Positions 55,837 to 55,863 of a DNA stretch of 55,863 nucleotides are shown piece after piece. The notes below the pieces were generated by a model, which was given only the letters and a program-made list of their open reading frames with translations, did no database searches and had not been told where the DNA came from. A program made the translations under genes and the position numbers. The stretch spans positions 56,851-112,713 of the forward strand of contig DMXP01000002.1 in NCBI GenBank assembly GCA_003483855.1, in the 5' to 3' direction. Within the stretch, counting starts at the first letter, position 1, and every line of letters begins with the position of its first letter. The stretch comes from Candidatus Yonathbacteria bacterium (GTDB taxonomy: Bacteria > Patescibacteriota > Minisyncoccia > Phycocordibacterales > UBA1550).

Positions 55837-55863
55837 CCAATCTCAGGAAGTCCAGGACTTAGT

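Overview
A 55.9-kb chromosomal window of a reduced-genome bacterium, most likely Patescibacteria/CPR of Parcubacteria type. This is inferred from gene content and style (DUF5654, gamma-only dnaX, HhH-less uvrC, insertion-domain-less uvrA, mostly leaderless genes); TGA is used as a stop, so code 11. The housekeeping backbone includes parB, rel, topA, dprA, serS, ftsQ-like, dus, dnaX, dinB, tgt, uvrB/A/C, rmuC, rplU, recR, dnaB, cysS, corA, ctpA, tRNA-Glu(CUC) and tRNA-Gln(UUG). There is also an alpha-glucan module (GT4, GH57, GH15, ROK kinase, malic enzyme), a P-type ATPase, a hemerythrin, a GGDEF protein and an IS200-type tnpA element. The most notable observations are: (1) a five-gene putative flavinylation/transmembrane electron-transfer operon (two-His membrane peptide, FNR-like reductase, 2-TM protein, SGAT-motif FMN-binding protein, ApbE); (2) an OmpA-type 8-stranded outer-membrane barrel gene in a lineage thought to lack an outer membrane; (3) tRNA-Gln on top of a 22-bp extension stem, nested inside scattered degenerate pieces of itself; (4) two translation-initiation regimes, with core genes leaderless and about 11 solo accessory genes carrying Shine-Dalgarno sites; (5) gene scars of folD (N- and C-termini fused in frame), dinB (5' fragment with only synonymous differences) and hsdS; (6) several palindromic or heptamer-flanked repeat elements. 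All calls come from motif recognition by eye; no database searches were run.
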